NCBI RefSeq assembly: GCF_006345805.1
Contig: NC_043022.1
Location: 9,238,001-9,302,000 of the forward strand
Length of the DNA stretch: 64,000 nucleotides
Reading direction: 5' to 3'
DNA from: Octopus sinensis
Taxonomy: Eukaryota
In this document: one piece after another, positions 51,545-64,000 of the stretch
Layout of the letters: each line of letters begins with the position of its first letter
How positions within the stretch are numbered: the first letter of the stretch is position 1
The notes under the pieces: generated by a model
The model's database searches: none
What the model was told of the DNA's origin: nothing
What the model saw: the letters and a program-made list of their open reading frames with translations, nothing else
Made by a program: the position numbers and the translations under genes

Positions 51545-53866
51545 ATTATTATGATTATTAATTACGTATCTGACCTGCATCAGTGCTTCTTGAATTTCCT
51601 TTCATTTTCTTTAATTTCATCAATGAAATTTGCTATTTCCATACTTTATATTGTTCAAAACAGTCTAAAGACAAAAAGTATTTTAATATTCTGTATCTCT
51701 GCTAATTGTAGTAGACAATATTTTTTCTGTGTTGTCTATAGGTGTGGGAGAAGCAGCTTGGTTCTTGGTTCAGAAGCTTGTGGTCTTAGCTTTAGTTCCT
51801 CTGTACTGCACCTTCGGTTAGTGTCTTCGGCTATAGCCTCAGGCCAACCAAAGCTTTGTGGGTGGATCTGGTAGACGAAAACAGAAATAAACCCATCATA
51901 TATATATAAACACAGGTGTGGCTGTGTGGTAAGATGCTCACTTCCCAACCACATGGTTCCGGGTTCAGTCCTGCTGTGTGGCACCTTTGGCAAGTGTCTT
52001 CTACTATAGCCTTGGGCTGACCAAAGCCTTGTGAATGGATTTGGTAGATGGAAACTGAAAGAAGCCCATTGTATATATATCGCGTGTGTATTGTTGGCGA
52101 TTTTCTTTCTCCGTCTTCCCTTCTTTGGACTTTTTCTATATTTCTGATGAAGAGCTCCGCTCAAAACCTGAAATGCTCATTCTTTTCTCTCCTTTCCTGA
52201 GCATCCAATAGCATAGTACTTGTTCCACGTCCTTGCATTCTTGTTTTTTCTTGCTTGTTCTTGTTTGGATTGAATATATATATATATATATATATTGTGA
52301 GAATTTATAGAAAAACAAAAGATGAAGATGGTTGTGTAAGCAACAAACAGATATATCAGTGTCTGTTTTTCCCCCAACCCCACCCCTCTACCATTGCTTA
52401 ACAACTGATGTTGGTAAGTTTACATCCCCATAACTTAGCAGTTCAGCAAAAGAGACCAATAGAATAAGTACTAGGTTTACAAAGAATAAGTCCCAAGGTC
52501 GATTTGTTCGACTAAATGGCAATGCTCCAGTATGACTGCAGTCAGATGACTGAAACAAGTAAAAGAGTAAAAGAAAGAAATATTATATATATATGCCAAA
52601 CAGACCTCGCCAGCATTGGTGCCATGTAAAAAGCACCAAGTCCATTCTGAAGTGGTTGGCATTAGGAAGGGCATCCAGCTGTAAAACCCATGCCAAAACT
52701 CACAGTACTGGGGTCAATTTGTTCAACTAAACACTTCAAGGTGGTGCTCCAGCATGGCCACATTCCAATGACTGAAAATAAACAATTATGTGTGTACATC
52801 CCTGTAACTTAGCAGTGCAGCAAAAGAGACCAATAGAATAAGTAGCAGGCTTCAAAAAAAAAAAAGGACTAGGGTCCATATAGCCCCTGAGGGTTCATAT
52901 AAGATTTTCAGGGGTCCATGTGACAAAATAGTAAATTGATGATCCACAATAGTATATTTTAAGAGCCCCTGAAAATATTTTGCTTTAGGTGTGTGTATTG
53001 CAAGAAACAGTCAGGTTTCTTTCTCTAATGTTTTACATAGTTCAACCTACACAAGTTAATGGATGAAAAACAAAATAGGAATTTTGAAAGGGGTTTCTAT
53101 AAAACTAGTTTCTAAACATTGAATGGCTATGGGGGTCCACCAGAGTAAAATGGTAATCAAAGGGGTTCATAGAGAAAAAATGGTTAAGAACCCTTGATCA
53201 GTGGTCTTCAAACAGGGTCCATATGGATATAAGATTCTTGGGGGTCCATGCAATGAAATAGTAAATTGGGGGTCCACAAGAATAATTCATAATTTTTCTT
53301 TTAGATGTATGTATTGGTTTGTAATGCAAGAAACGGCTAGGTTTTTTCTTAATGTTTTACAGAGTTCAAACTACACAAGTAACTGTGAGAATAACAAAAC
53401 AGAAATTTTGAAAGAAATCGCTATAAAACTAGCTTTTAAACATTAAATAGTTATGGGGTGGGCGTCCACCAGAACAAAATAGTAATCAAAAGAGTCCATT
53501 GATAAAAAGTGGTTGTTAAGAAACCCTGGGCTACAACATGGCCACAGTCCAATAACTGAAAATAAATAAGTGCATGTGTGTCTGTGTCTGTGTGTCTCTG
53601 TTTGTGTGTGTGTGTGTCTGTCTGTACACATTATGGAACCAACCATCCAATTATTACATTATGCAGTTCTCAAAGAAATTTCCAAAACAAAAGCAAACTA
53701 ATTAAAATAATAATATATAATTTAATATGTATTTATTACTAGAAATTCTTCCAGTACTTCAGCTTACTTTTATTTGTGTTCTTTTTCATTTCATTTCCTC
53801 CAAATTAACTAATTGCCTTGTTTTTGTCTCCACCCCCCTCTTTCTCTCTCTCTCTGTCTCCCTGTC

Positions 53867-53929
<63 letters not shown>

Positions 53930-54480
53930 AGCCTTTCCTTTCATATTTTCTGTTACATTTCTACTCCATATTCTGTGTGTGTATGTGTATGTGTGTTTCA
54001 GTGTATGTGTGTTTCTGGATGTGTTTGCAGTTATATGTGTGTGAATGTGTGTGTGTGTGTAATTGTTTTGTCTTTTGTTATGTAATTATTTTTGCTGTTG
54101 TTACATGACTGCTTTTTGTTTTTGTTTTTTGTTTCTTTTCTGTAACATTTGCAATAATGTGTAATTATTAATATTGCTTTTCACAAATAACGAATATAAT
54201 AACCATCATTTAAATTCTGTGATGGACATGAAATTATCTTGATGGTTCCATAGTCTGTTTGCCTAATATATATGTGTATGTGTGGTGTGTGTGTATGTAT
54301 TTATTCTTATATTATGTGCCTATCCCATTTGTATATGAGTGCGTGATGTTTCTATCTCATTTGTGGAATTGTGTGTGTGTGAGAGAGAGAAATTTCCCTA
54401 CAGCTGTGCAATGTGTGTATAATATATTTATGTGTATCTCTATAATTGTGTACTCATGCGGCATGTAACTATAACTGTGC

Positions 54481-55052
54481 ATGTGAAAATAGTTCATAAT
54501 GTATTTTCCTACACACAAGTCAGCATAGCATATATAGTGTAAACATGTAGCGTAAACATTCAATCATTGTCATTAACTTTCCAATCCTGCTGCATGTCAC
54601 ATGGAAATTTTGGTCTTCCAAAGCCATCTTGGGGTATAAACTGACCCACCTATTTTTAGGCTGCAAATTTTTGTCTGAAAAATTCAACTTGTAAGTCAGA
54701 AAAACAGTAATTTTGGTGTGTTTTGTGGATATGAGAAAATAGGTCATACTGTATTTTCCTACCTACAAATCCACATGGTATATAGTGTAAACATTCAATT
54801 ATCATCACTATCTTCCAAAATCCTTCTGCATTTCACAGGGAATTTCTGGCTGGTCTTCCATTGGTGTATTAGTTGACTTAACTTCTTTTGGCTGTAAATT
54901 TCCATCTGAAAATTTTCGCCTGAATGGCAATTTTCTGTGATGTGTTTTGTGGATGTGATAAGAGTTCATAATGTATTTTCCTACGCACAAGTCAACATAG
55001 TATATAGTAGAAACATGCAGTGTAAACATTCAATCATCATCGCTATCTTCCT
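54481..55052. repeat. Degenerate tandem repeat, ~225-255 bp unit, about 2.3 copies
   Basis: (g)ttcataatgtattttcctac...gtaaacattcaat...tgttttgtggat recurs at ~54485, 54735 and 54960. Confidence 0.8.
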
Positions 55053-56626
55053 ATATGTGTGTGTGTTTGTGTGTCTGTGTTTGTCCCCCCAGCATTGCTT
55101 GACTACCGATGCTGGTGTATTTAAGTCCCCATAACTTAGCGGTTTGACAAAAGAGACTGATAGAATAAGTACTAGGCTTACAAAAAATAAGTCCTGGGGG
55201 TCGATTTGCTCGACTAAAGGCGGTACTCCAACATGGCCGCAATCAAATGACTGAAACAAGTAATAGAGTAAAGAGTAACCACATGGTCAAAGTCTTGAAG
55301 CTATGAACCAATCCATGATTAACTTGAAACAATGTGGATAATTAAGAATTACATTTGACAGAGTAATTTGAATGCTAAAGGGTTGAATACACTGAATGAC
55401 ATTATTTTGTTTCTAGGAATAAATCTTTCAAAACAAATGATGGTATCTATTTATTTTTTAGATATCTGTATATAAAAGTAGGTTATGCACTTGGTTTCTG
55501 GAAACACCCCAAGCACGGCTGTGGTGGTTAATTTACTGTCTCTGCAATACTGGCAACCAACAACAGAAAAGGTCAGCTATATATATAAAAAAAAAAAAAA
55601 ACACAGAAGGACAAAAATAGATAGAAATCTTTGAAGAGCTGACATTTTATCTTAACGTGCGGTTGATCAAGTTACACTGATTACAGGTGGATAAAGGTAA
55701 TACAGATAAAGATAAGGGACCAAGATGTAATGAATATAGTGAGTGAGATCTGTGAGGAGTCTAACAAGTTATCTATCTCCTTCAGTATATCTACTCCTTT
55801 TCTGAAACTAATATTTATCAGCAACCAACAAGGGATCTTCTAAGCCAGTATTTCTCAAAGTAGGGTTCATGTCTCATTGGCGGGACAGGGTAGGGCATTA
55901 ATTTAGTGGGACAAGGGTTATTTCTGAGTGGAGTGTTAGTAACAAGTAACTGAAGCTTGCAATGAAGTTTTAATTAAAACTTCTCTTGAACGACTTTGTC
56001 GTTAAGAAGCTTGTTTTTCAACCACATGGTTTCAGGTTCAGTCCCACGGCATGGCACTTTGCTTCTAGTCTTTTACTATAGTGGCTGCAGACTGGTCAAG
56101 GCCTTGTGAGTGAATTTGGTAGATGGAAACTGTGTTGAAGCTCATTATATATTTATGTGCTTGTGTGTGGGTGTGTACATACATATATATATATATATAT
56201 ATGATAAAAGGTAAAGACACCATTCAGTAATGAATGACTTGGGTTTGCACCTAGAAAGTTCCCTCCAAAGCACAAGTCCAGGCAAGGTTGTTTTATGAAA
56301 GACCAGCAGTCGCCCATGCATACCAGCCTCTCCTTTCCAAATCACTGATGTTATCCAAGGGAAAAGCAAAGGGGCTGATACAGCTTGGCCCCAGTGACAT
56401 TGCAACTCATTTCTACAGCTGAGTGAACTGGACAACGCGAAATAAAATGTCTTGCTCAAGAACACAACACACAGCCTAGTCTGGGAATCAAGCTCACTAC
56501 CTCATGACTGTGAGCCAGACGCTCTTACCACTGAGCTATGAGCCTTCACTACACACACACACACAATCACACACATGTTTATATCAGGAAATGGCTCCTC
56601 CTGATATTTAAACCAGGGTATAGAGT

Positions 56627-56730
56627 ATTAGAAACCAAATCCATATATCTGAAGTAGGGATCATATAGCTATAAGGCTAATCAGAATTAGAAACCAAATC
56701 CATATATTTGAAGTAGGGATCATATAGCCA
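56627..56730. repeat. Direct duplication with 59-bp period
   Basis: attagaaaccaaatccatatat(c/t)tgaagtagggatcatatagc at 56627 and 56686. Confidence 0.9.
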
Positions 56731-59564
56731 TACAGCTGCTATGCACTGTCTTCCTGTCTCCTGTAAAAATTATTTATGTTAAAATCTTTGTTATTTGCAT
56801 CCATTTGTACATCTTAGACAATGTGTTTGCATCTATGCTGGAAATAGTACAGTCTTATCACCACCATGCTGACTGGCATCAACCAGTAACTTCCTTGCAT
56901 GAACTCCTGACCTATATTTATACATAAACAAACACCTCGTGCACACTGCCTCATACTCGTGGTTGTATGCTCTTGCCAACATTTCAGCTGTTGTGACTTA
57001 CTTAACATGTTTTGACTCTGATATACTTAGCGTGGAAATCGGGGATTTCTCAAAGTTGAGCTGCTACTTCTCTGCATCGAGGAGTAACAGCTGAAGTGGT
57101 GTGAACATGTGATGAGAAAGCCATAGGAAAAACTCATAAGATAGGCACTGCTTCTCAACCACATGGTTCCAGGTTCAGTCCCACTGCATGGCACCTTGTG
57201 AGTGAATTTGGCAGACGGAAGCTGAAAAAAAATCCATTGTATCATCATCGTCATCATCATCATCATTTAACGTCTGTTGTCCATGCTGGCATGGGTTGGA
57301 TGGTGTAACCACAGATGGCAATCTGGAGGGGTGGATGGGGGGCTGCACCAGACTCCTGGCTGATTTGGCATGTTTTCTATGGCTGGATGCCCTTCCTAAT
57401 GCCAACCACTTTACAGAGTGTGCTGGGTGCTTTTACGTGGCACCACACAGGTGCTTTTACATGACGCCACAGAGGCACTTTAACATGTCACATGTGGCGT
57501 GTGTGAGTGTCTGTGTTTGCCCCCCTCCACTGCTTAACTACCAGTGTTGGTGTGTTTACATCCCTGTAACTCAGTAATTCAGCAAAGAGATTGATACAGA
57601 AACTACTGGCTTTGATTCCTTCGACTAAAATTTCTTCACGACGGTGCCCCAGCATGGCCGCAGTCTAATGATTGAAACAATTAAACGATAAAAAATAAAA
57701 GATGGATTCTTCAAGCCAAGAGCGACATGGTTGGACAATGTCCATGTTTTCAGTCAGTTCTGCTTGGTCATTTTTTTATCTCTTTTCTAAGCTGGTAGGA
57801 TGTGATTTTAGGGATATTTGGCTGCTATTTTTAGATGTGGAGTTACGACTTAGTGTCTGCTTAAATATCTTTATTGAATCTCTGATTATCCTTAATGAAT
57901 TTCATCTCATTCAATCAATAGGATTGAAGGGTATGTGGTGTGGGTTTTAGGGCTTATCATCATTCAATATATTTTGAGGGAAAGTGGATAGAAGGGGCCA
58001 ATGTCTTTCAAGGCATTATTTGATAATAACAAATAATTCTGCCATCAACTTTATCCTATCTTCTATAAAAAGCACATTTTTTTCTCTTTAGTTTGTATGC
58101 AGGCCCATGGTTGTATGTGTGTATATGCATTTGTGTGTGTGAATGTATGTATGCATTTGTGTATGTGTATGCATATTTGTGTGTATGTATGCATTTGTCT
58201 GTCTATATATTTATGTATGTGTATACATGTGTGTGTGTGTATGTGTGATGTTTTGTGCATTAACATTTGTATATGTGTTTCAGTATACAATTTTGTATGT
58301 GTGTGTGTTTATGTATGATTGTGTTTGTGTCTGTACTTGTGTGCATGTGAATTTGTGTATATATATGTACAAGTGTGTGTACATGAACATTTGTGTATGT
58401 GTTTTTGCGTTCATTTGTGTATATTTTATATAAATTTCTGGAGGTTTTTTTTGTGTGATTTTTAAAAAAAAATTTCCAATACTTCTTAATTTTTTTCTTT
58501 CCTTTTCATCATTCTTGTTCCACCCCTCCCCCGTTTTTCCTGTCATTCATTTTCTCTTTCTCCCTTCCCTTCTCTTTGTCTCTCTCCGTCTCTCCTCCCA
58601 AACTACCTCTCTTTCCCCTCCCTCTCCTTCTGTCTCATTCTGCATCTCCCTCTCTCTCCTTCCTTTCTCTTTCATTTGTCCTACTCTCCTTATTGTTTTC
58701 ATTCTTTCTTTTCTCTTTTGTTTATTAATCCCCCTCTTTCTCTTCTCCCTCTCCCCCTCTCATCCTTTTTCATTTATCCTCCTCCCCTCATTGTTTTCAC
58801 TCCTCTACTCATTCATTTATCAACCCACCTCTCTCTTTCACTCTTTCTTTCATTCCAATTCATTCATTGCCTTCTCTTTTTCCCCTCGCTTCCCCTCTCT
58901 TCCTCTCTTTATCTTTTTCCTTCTTCCCTCTATCATTCATTCATTCATTCTTTTTCCTTCCCCACCTTATCATTCATTCATTCATTCTTTCTCTCCTCTC
59001 TTTTCTTCTTCATTTCCTCTCCCCATCCCCACCCCACCCCTCTCCCCATCCCCACCCATCTTCCCACCCCACTCCACCACCACACACACTTCTTTCCATT
59101 CTTTAACTTTAAGTCATTATTCCAGAAATTAATTCAAAAATTCCATTCAAAAACCTAGTGTGGGTAGGGGGGGTGAGTGGATGTTTGGGTGGTGTGATGT
59201 GGTGAGGGGGTAATTAATCTCCACACAGCACACACACACACACACACAGCTCTCCCCCACCCCCATCCTGGGCCTCCACTCCTACTGAAATACTAATTGT
59301 CCAAAAACTGAAGATTCCTATTAAAGCCTATTTTTTTTAAGGGGATGCTCTTCAACCAATCTTCTTTTTTTCTCAGTTGGAAGGGTTCATACAACCTTCT
59401 CCTCCCCTTCATCATCATCATTATCATCATCATCATCAACTTCTCATTATAATGGTTTCTGACATTGATTCAAGCCCCTAGTTTTGAGGAGGGAAGTGTG
59501 CTGGTGGTGGTGGTGGAGGAGGCGGCGACAGGGGGGGTATTGAATTAAATTCCACTCCTTCCCC

Positions 59565-59601
<37 letters not shown>

Positions 59602-60584
59602 TCTTCAATAGTGTTTCTTATATTCAATAATGTTACAACAACATTAATGTAATACTGGTGATAAATTCTTTCTCCTATAAGTGCAAGGCCTGGAATTTTG
59701 TGGAGGAAGGAGGATTGTTGATTACATCAACCCCCAGTTCACCATTCATACTTTTTTTCATCAATCCTAAAAGGATGAAAGGCCAAGTGAACCTCAGCAA
59801 AATTTGAACTCGGAACGTAAAGATGGATAAAATGCTGCTAAGTGTTTTGTCCAGCTTGCTGCAAGTTGATTACATCGACCCCAGTGCACAACTGGTATTT
59901 AGTTTCTCAACCACAAGGGACTAAACCCAGATCCGTGTGGATAGTATTGTTGGGTGGGTGTGAGAAGCCAGATCTGGCAAGTTTGAACATAAACAGGTAT
60001 CCTCATCATCATCATTGTTTAACATCCGCTTTCCATGCTAGCATGGGTTGGACGATTTTGACTGAGGGATGGTGAACCAGATGGCTGCACCAGGCTCCAA
60101 TCTTGATTTGGCAGAGTTTCTACTGCTGGATGCCCTTCCTAACGCCAGCCACTCCGAGAGTGTAGTGGGTGCTTTTTCGTGCCACCGGCATGGGGACCAG
60201 TCAGGCGGTACTGGCAACGACCTTGCTCGAATCCTTTTACACATGCCACCAGCACCGGTGCCAGTAAGGCGACATTGGTAACTATCACGCTCGAATGGTG
60301 CCCTTTTATGTGCCACTGGCACGGAAGCCAGTTGGCTGCTGTGGCAACGATCATGCTCGGATGGTGCTCTTGGCACGGCCAGTTTAAATGCTAAAGGGTT
60401 AAATTTGACTCTTAACCCTTTGGCATTCAGATTATTCTGTCTAATGTTATTATGGAGATGTACTTGCATAGCAAGTGACCTGATCTGAGATTGTGTGCTG
60501 GAACGAAAACAACTGCAGCATGGAAGGTGCTTATAAGCCATTTAAGAAACATACAAAAACCGTTAGATTCACTTCAACATTTAA

Positions 60585-60804
60585 CCCTTTCGTTACTGTA
60601 TTTATTTTGAGATGCTCTGTGTTTCTTTCAATTATTTTAAATATAACAAAGAATTTAGTAAAACAACTTAGTTATCGTTAAGTTAGTGTTAGGACCGTAA
60701 ATTGTGACTAAGGCTTGGTGGAACATTTCAATTCAAAACTTATGAAAACAAGACATTTTACCAAGGAGCCAGAGCCAGTTTTGGCCGGGTTGGTAACGAA
60801 AGGG
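60585..60804. mobile_element. piggyBac-like MITE inside a cluster of TTAA-flanked MITEs (~59930-61218)
   Basis: TTAA|CCCTTTCGTTAC ... GTAACGAAAGGG|TTAA. Neighbouring elements ttaaccctttggcattc (60413) and ttaacccttt...aatgctaaaaggttaa (60991-61218). Confidence 0.88.
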
Positions 60805-61579
60805 TTAAATGTCTAATGTAATGCTTAGTTATTCCCATGGTTTTTAACTGATCATGCAATATCTCATAGATTCAAGATTTTGATGATGTGATTGCACATC
60901 TTTAGAGTGACATTGCAGAGTAAGTGTGAGAGGCCGGATTTGGTTGGGTTTATATAAAAAGGTAAAATATTTGAGCAGGATATGGCTGGTTTAACCCTTT
61001 ATTATTCAGGTTACTCTGCCAAATGTAATGCTTATTTATTCACATTGTTTTGAATTTATCATGCAGTATGTCATAGGTTCAAGATACCAACAATGTGTTT
61101 ATTTATTTTTAGAACAACATTGTAGGTTAGGTGTGAGAGGCCAAATCTGACTGGTTTGAACATAAAACATTTAGAATACTCAGTCCTTACAGGTCCAGTT
61201 TAAATGCTAAAAGGTTAAAACCGGAAGATTGCATCCTAGGTCTAGGTGCAGTGTCAGATGGGTTTGCATAACAAGGGTTAAAAGGCAGCGAGCTGGCAGA
61301 ATCGTTAGCACACCGGGCGAAATGCGTAGCCGTATTTCGTCTGCCGTTACGTTCTGAGTTCAAATTCCGCTGAGGTTGACTTTGCCTTTCATCCTTTCAG
61401 GGTCGATAAATTAAGTACCAGTTACGCACTGGGGTCGATGTAATCGACTTTATCCCTTTGTCTGTCCTTGTTTGTCCCCTCTGTGTTTAGCCCCTGGTGG
61501 GCAATAAAGAAATAAGGGTTAAAATTGTGAGAGCATTCACATAGAGTAATTCAAGGTACCCTTACACACAACCCTGGAT

Positions 61580-61800
61580 TACTCAGCCATACCACCAGTA
61601 AATCCTTCTCCCAGTTCTTTGTTGCCACTCTACAGTCACATAGCTAGCATAGGGGCCATTTAGCAAGGCCAGTTTTGCCATTCTCACCCATGTTTCATAA
61701 AATTTACTGCAAGACAGCACCTCCCTCTCTACCTTCGCCTTCATTCTAAAGTGGTACTTGAAGAAGTTGACATACAACTTCCTTACTATAAACCACTTCG
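61580..61800 (-). mobile_element. L1/Tx1-like LINE ORF2 C-terminal fragment
   Basis: VNFFKYHFRMKAKVEREVLS.SKFYETWVRMAKLA.LNG resembles Tx1-type ORF2 ends (inferred from recalled family pattern). Confidence 0.6.
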
Positions 61801-63185
61801 GAGAGGAAGGTGGTAATTAAATCATAATAATAATTGTTTCTAATTTAGTTTATGAGATCAGTATGTTTTTCTTTTTTTTTTTTTTTTTTTTTTCTCTTTC
61901 ATTTACCTTCAACTATAGATATAAGGCCTGAAATTATGTGGGAGGGACTCGTCAATTAAATCAACACCAGTGATCAATTAGTACTTATTGTATCAATTCT
62001 GAAAGGATGATAAGCTAAGTCCATCTTAGCCAATTTTAAACTCAGAATGTAAAGAGCTGGATGAAATATTGATTTCAAATTTTGACACAAAGCCAGCAAT
62101 TTCAGGTGGGGTGTGGAGTAAGTTGATTACACCAACCCCAGTGCTTGAATGGTAATTATTTTGTCAACCCTGCCCCAGAAGGATGAAAGGTAAAGTTGAT
62201 CTTGGCAGATCTGAACTCAAAGTGTAAAGAGCTGTATAAAATAATAAGCATTTGGTCTGATATGCTAATGACTCTACCAGCTCACCATCTTCATGGGACC
62301 AGTAATTTAGAGAGGAGATTAGTTGATACTATCAACCCCAGTACATGACTGGTACTTAATTTCATCAACCCTGAAAGGTCAAAAGGCAAAGTTGACCTTC
62401 ATGGGTTACTCTCTTACTTGTTTCAGTCATCTGACTGTGGCCATGCTGGAGCACCGCCTTTAGTCAAGCTAATCAACCCCAGGACTTATTCTTTGGAAGC
62501 CTAGTACTTATTCTATCGGTCTCTTTTGCTGAACTGCTAAGTTACGGGGACGTAAACACACCACCATCAGTTGTCAAGCGATGCTGGGGGGGACAAACAC
62601 AGACACACAAAACATATACACACATACATACATATATATACGACGGGCTTCCTTCAGTTTCTGTCTACCATATGCACTCATAAGGCTTTGGTCTGTGCGA
62701 GGCTATAGTAGAAGACATTGCCCAAGGTGCCACAGAGTAGGAATGAACCTGGAACCATGTGGTTGATAAGCAATCTACTTACCACACAGCCACTCCTGCA
62801 CCTATATTTGAACTTGGGATGTAAAGAGCTGGGACAAATCCTGCCAAGCAGTTTTCTTAACAATTCAGCGAAGCCAAATAATAACAATGGTTTCAAATCC
62901 ACCAAATCCACTCACAAGGTTTTGGTCAGTTTGGGGGGCTGTAGTAGAAAACACTTGCCCAAGGTGCTGCACAGTGGGACTGAACCAGAAACCCATGTGG
63001 TTCGGAAGCAAACTTCTTATCAACACAGCCACGCCTGCATCTGTGCGAAAGGATTTTCATTCTTCGGCTATGTACAGCTAATACAACATAACTATAATTT
63101 GTCTGTCATTACTGCTGCTGCTACTACTACTACTACCACCACCATTGATTCCTTCACAACATTACTACTACAGCTGCTGCTGCTG

Positions 63186-63216
<31 letters not shown>

Positions 63217-63499
63217 AGGGGGAATGCTCACCATTAACGCCCACCTCAAGTACAATGCAACTGTCACCCTTGAACCAGTGAAGCAGCCTCTACGTGGTAG
63301 CTTGACCTCCTAGAAATAACAATCAAATCTCTCCCCATCCCCTTCTAATTCTGTCATGCCCCTACTGAATTTTGATAAATTACATGTTGAATGATGTAGT
63401 CTGGAGTGGGGTGGAGTGGATGGAAGTTGTTTTCGCCCTGGCACATAATATGAAGGCAGGATGGTCACTATTGGGATGTCTTTTTGGTTGATCTGATTG

Positions 63500-64000
63500 A
63501 TCAATGCCGGCCTGGGGTTCAAGGATAACAACCAAACAACTGTCACCATCGGCAATGATGCTACAACACAACCATCCCTGCCTTTACCATCACTACTACC
63601 ACCACCACCACCACCATCATCACTACCACTACTTCTACAACCACCACCACCACCACCACTATTACTACTGCTATTATCACCACTACCATCACCACCACTA
63701 CTACTACTACAACTACTACTACCACTACCATCATCACTACTGCTACTACTGCCACTATCACGACTACTACCATCACCACTACTGCAACTACTACTACTGC
63801 AGCCACAGCCACTGCATCTACTATTTCCACCACTATTACTACTACTACTACTACTACTACTACTAGTACATTAATATCAGTGCCATAAAATTACTACCAC
63901 CATAACAACAACAACAACAACACAAGCTTGATCGACCCTACCACTACCACTGCTACCACAATCAACACTACTACCACCACCAGCAACACCACCTGTTGTT
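63500..64000. repeat. Compound trinucleotide repeat (CAC/TAC/AAC)n
   Basis: caccaccaccatcatcactaccactactac...; also (CTA/CTG)n at ~63110-63215. Confidence 0.95.

Noticed and set aside
63497-63874. His/Tyr-rich and Pro/Leu-rich ORFs; also the Met/Thr-rich ORF at 16831-17046
   Set aside because: Pure trinucleotide repeat with no splice or codon evidence.

Overview
Eukaryotic, AT-rich genomic DNA saturated with microsatellites and repeats. The repeat families and simple-repeat density point to a coleoid cephalopod, most likely Octopus (inference from pattern recognition, no search run). No prokaryotic genes, rRNA, true tRNA or CRISPR array are present. Most ORFs in the supplied track are microsatellite or low-complexity artefacts. 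Supportable content: (1) a likely first coding exon of an unidentified + strand gene at 8735-8943, with a phase-compatible second exon at 9818-9886 and weaker candidates downstream; (2) a possible divergent - strand promoter and first exon near 5030-5060; (3) a 5'-truncated, frameshifted RTE-clade LINE at ~48.9-51.5 kb with a PHD-like finger inside its RT and a 63-bp VNTR in its 3' UTR, plus many short copies of the same 3' tail; (4) fragments of a restriction-like-endonuclease (HERO-like) element, CR1 and L1/Tx1 LINEs; (5) several tRNA-derived SINE families, MITEs with 8-bp, TA and TTAA target duplications, and a Helentron-like element; (6) a triple nested hairpin at 3415-4770; (7) at least six dispersed, decayed minimal type-I hammerhead ribozyme motifs in Penelope-like repeats, which is the most notable non-coding signal in the window.
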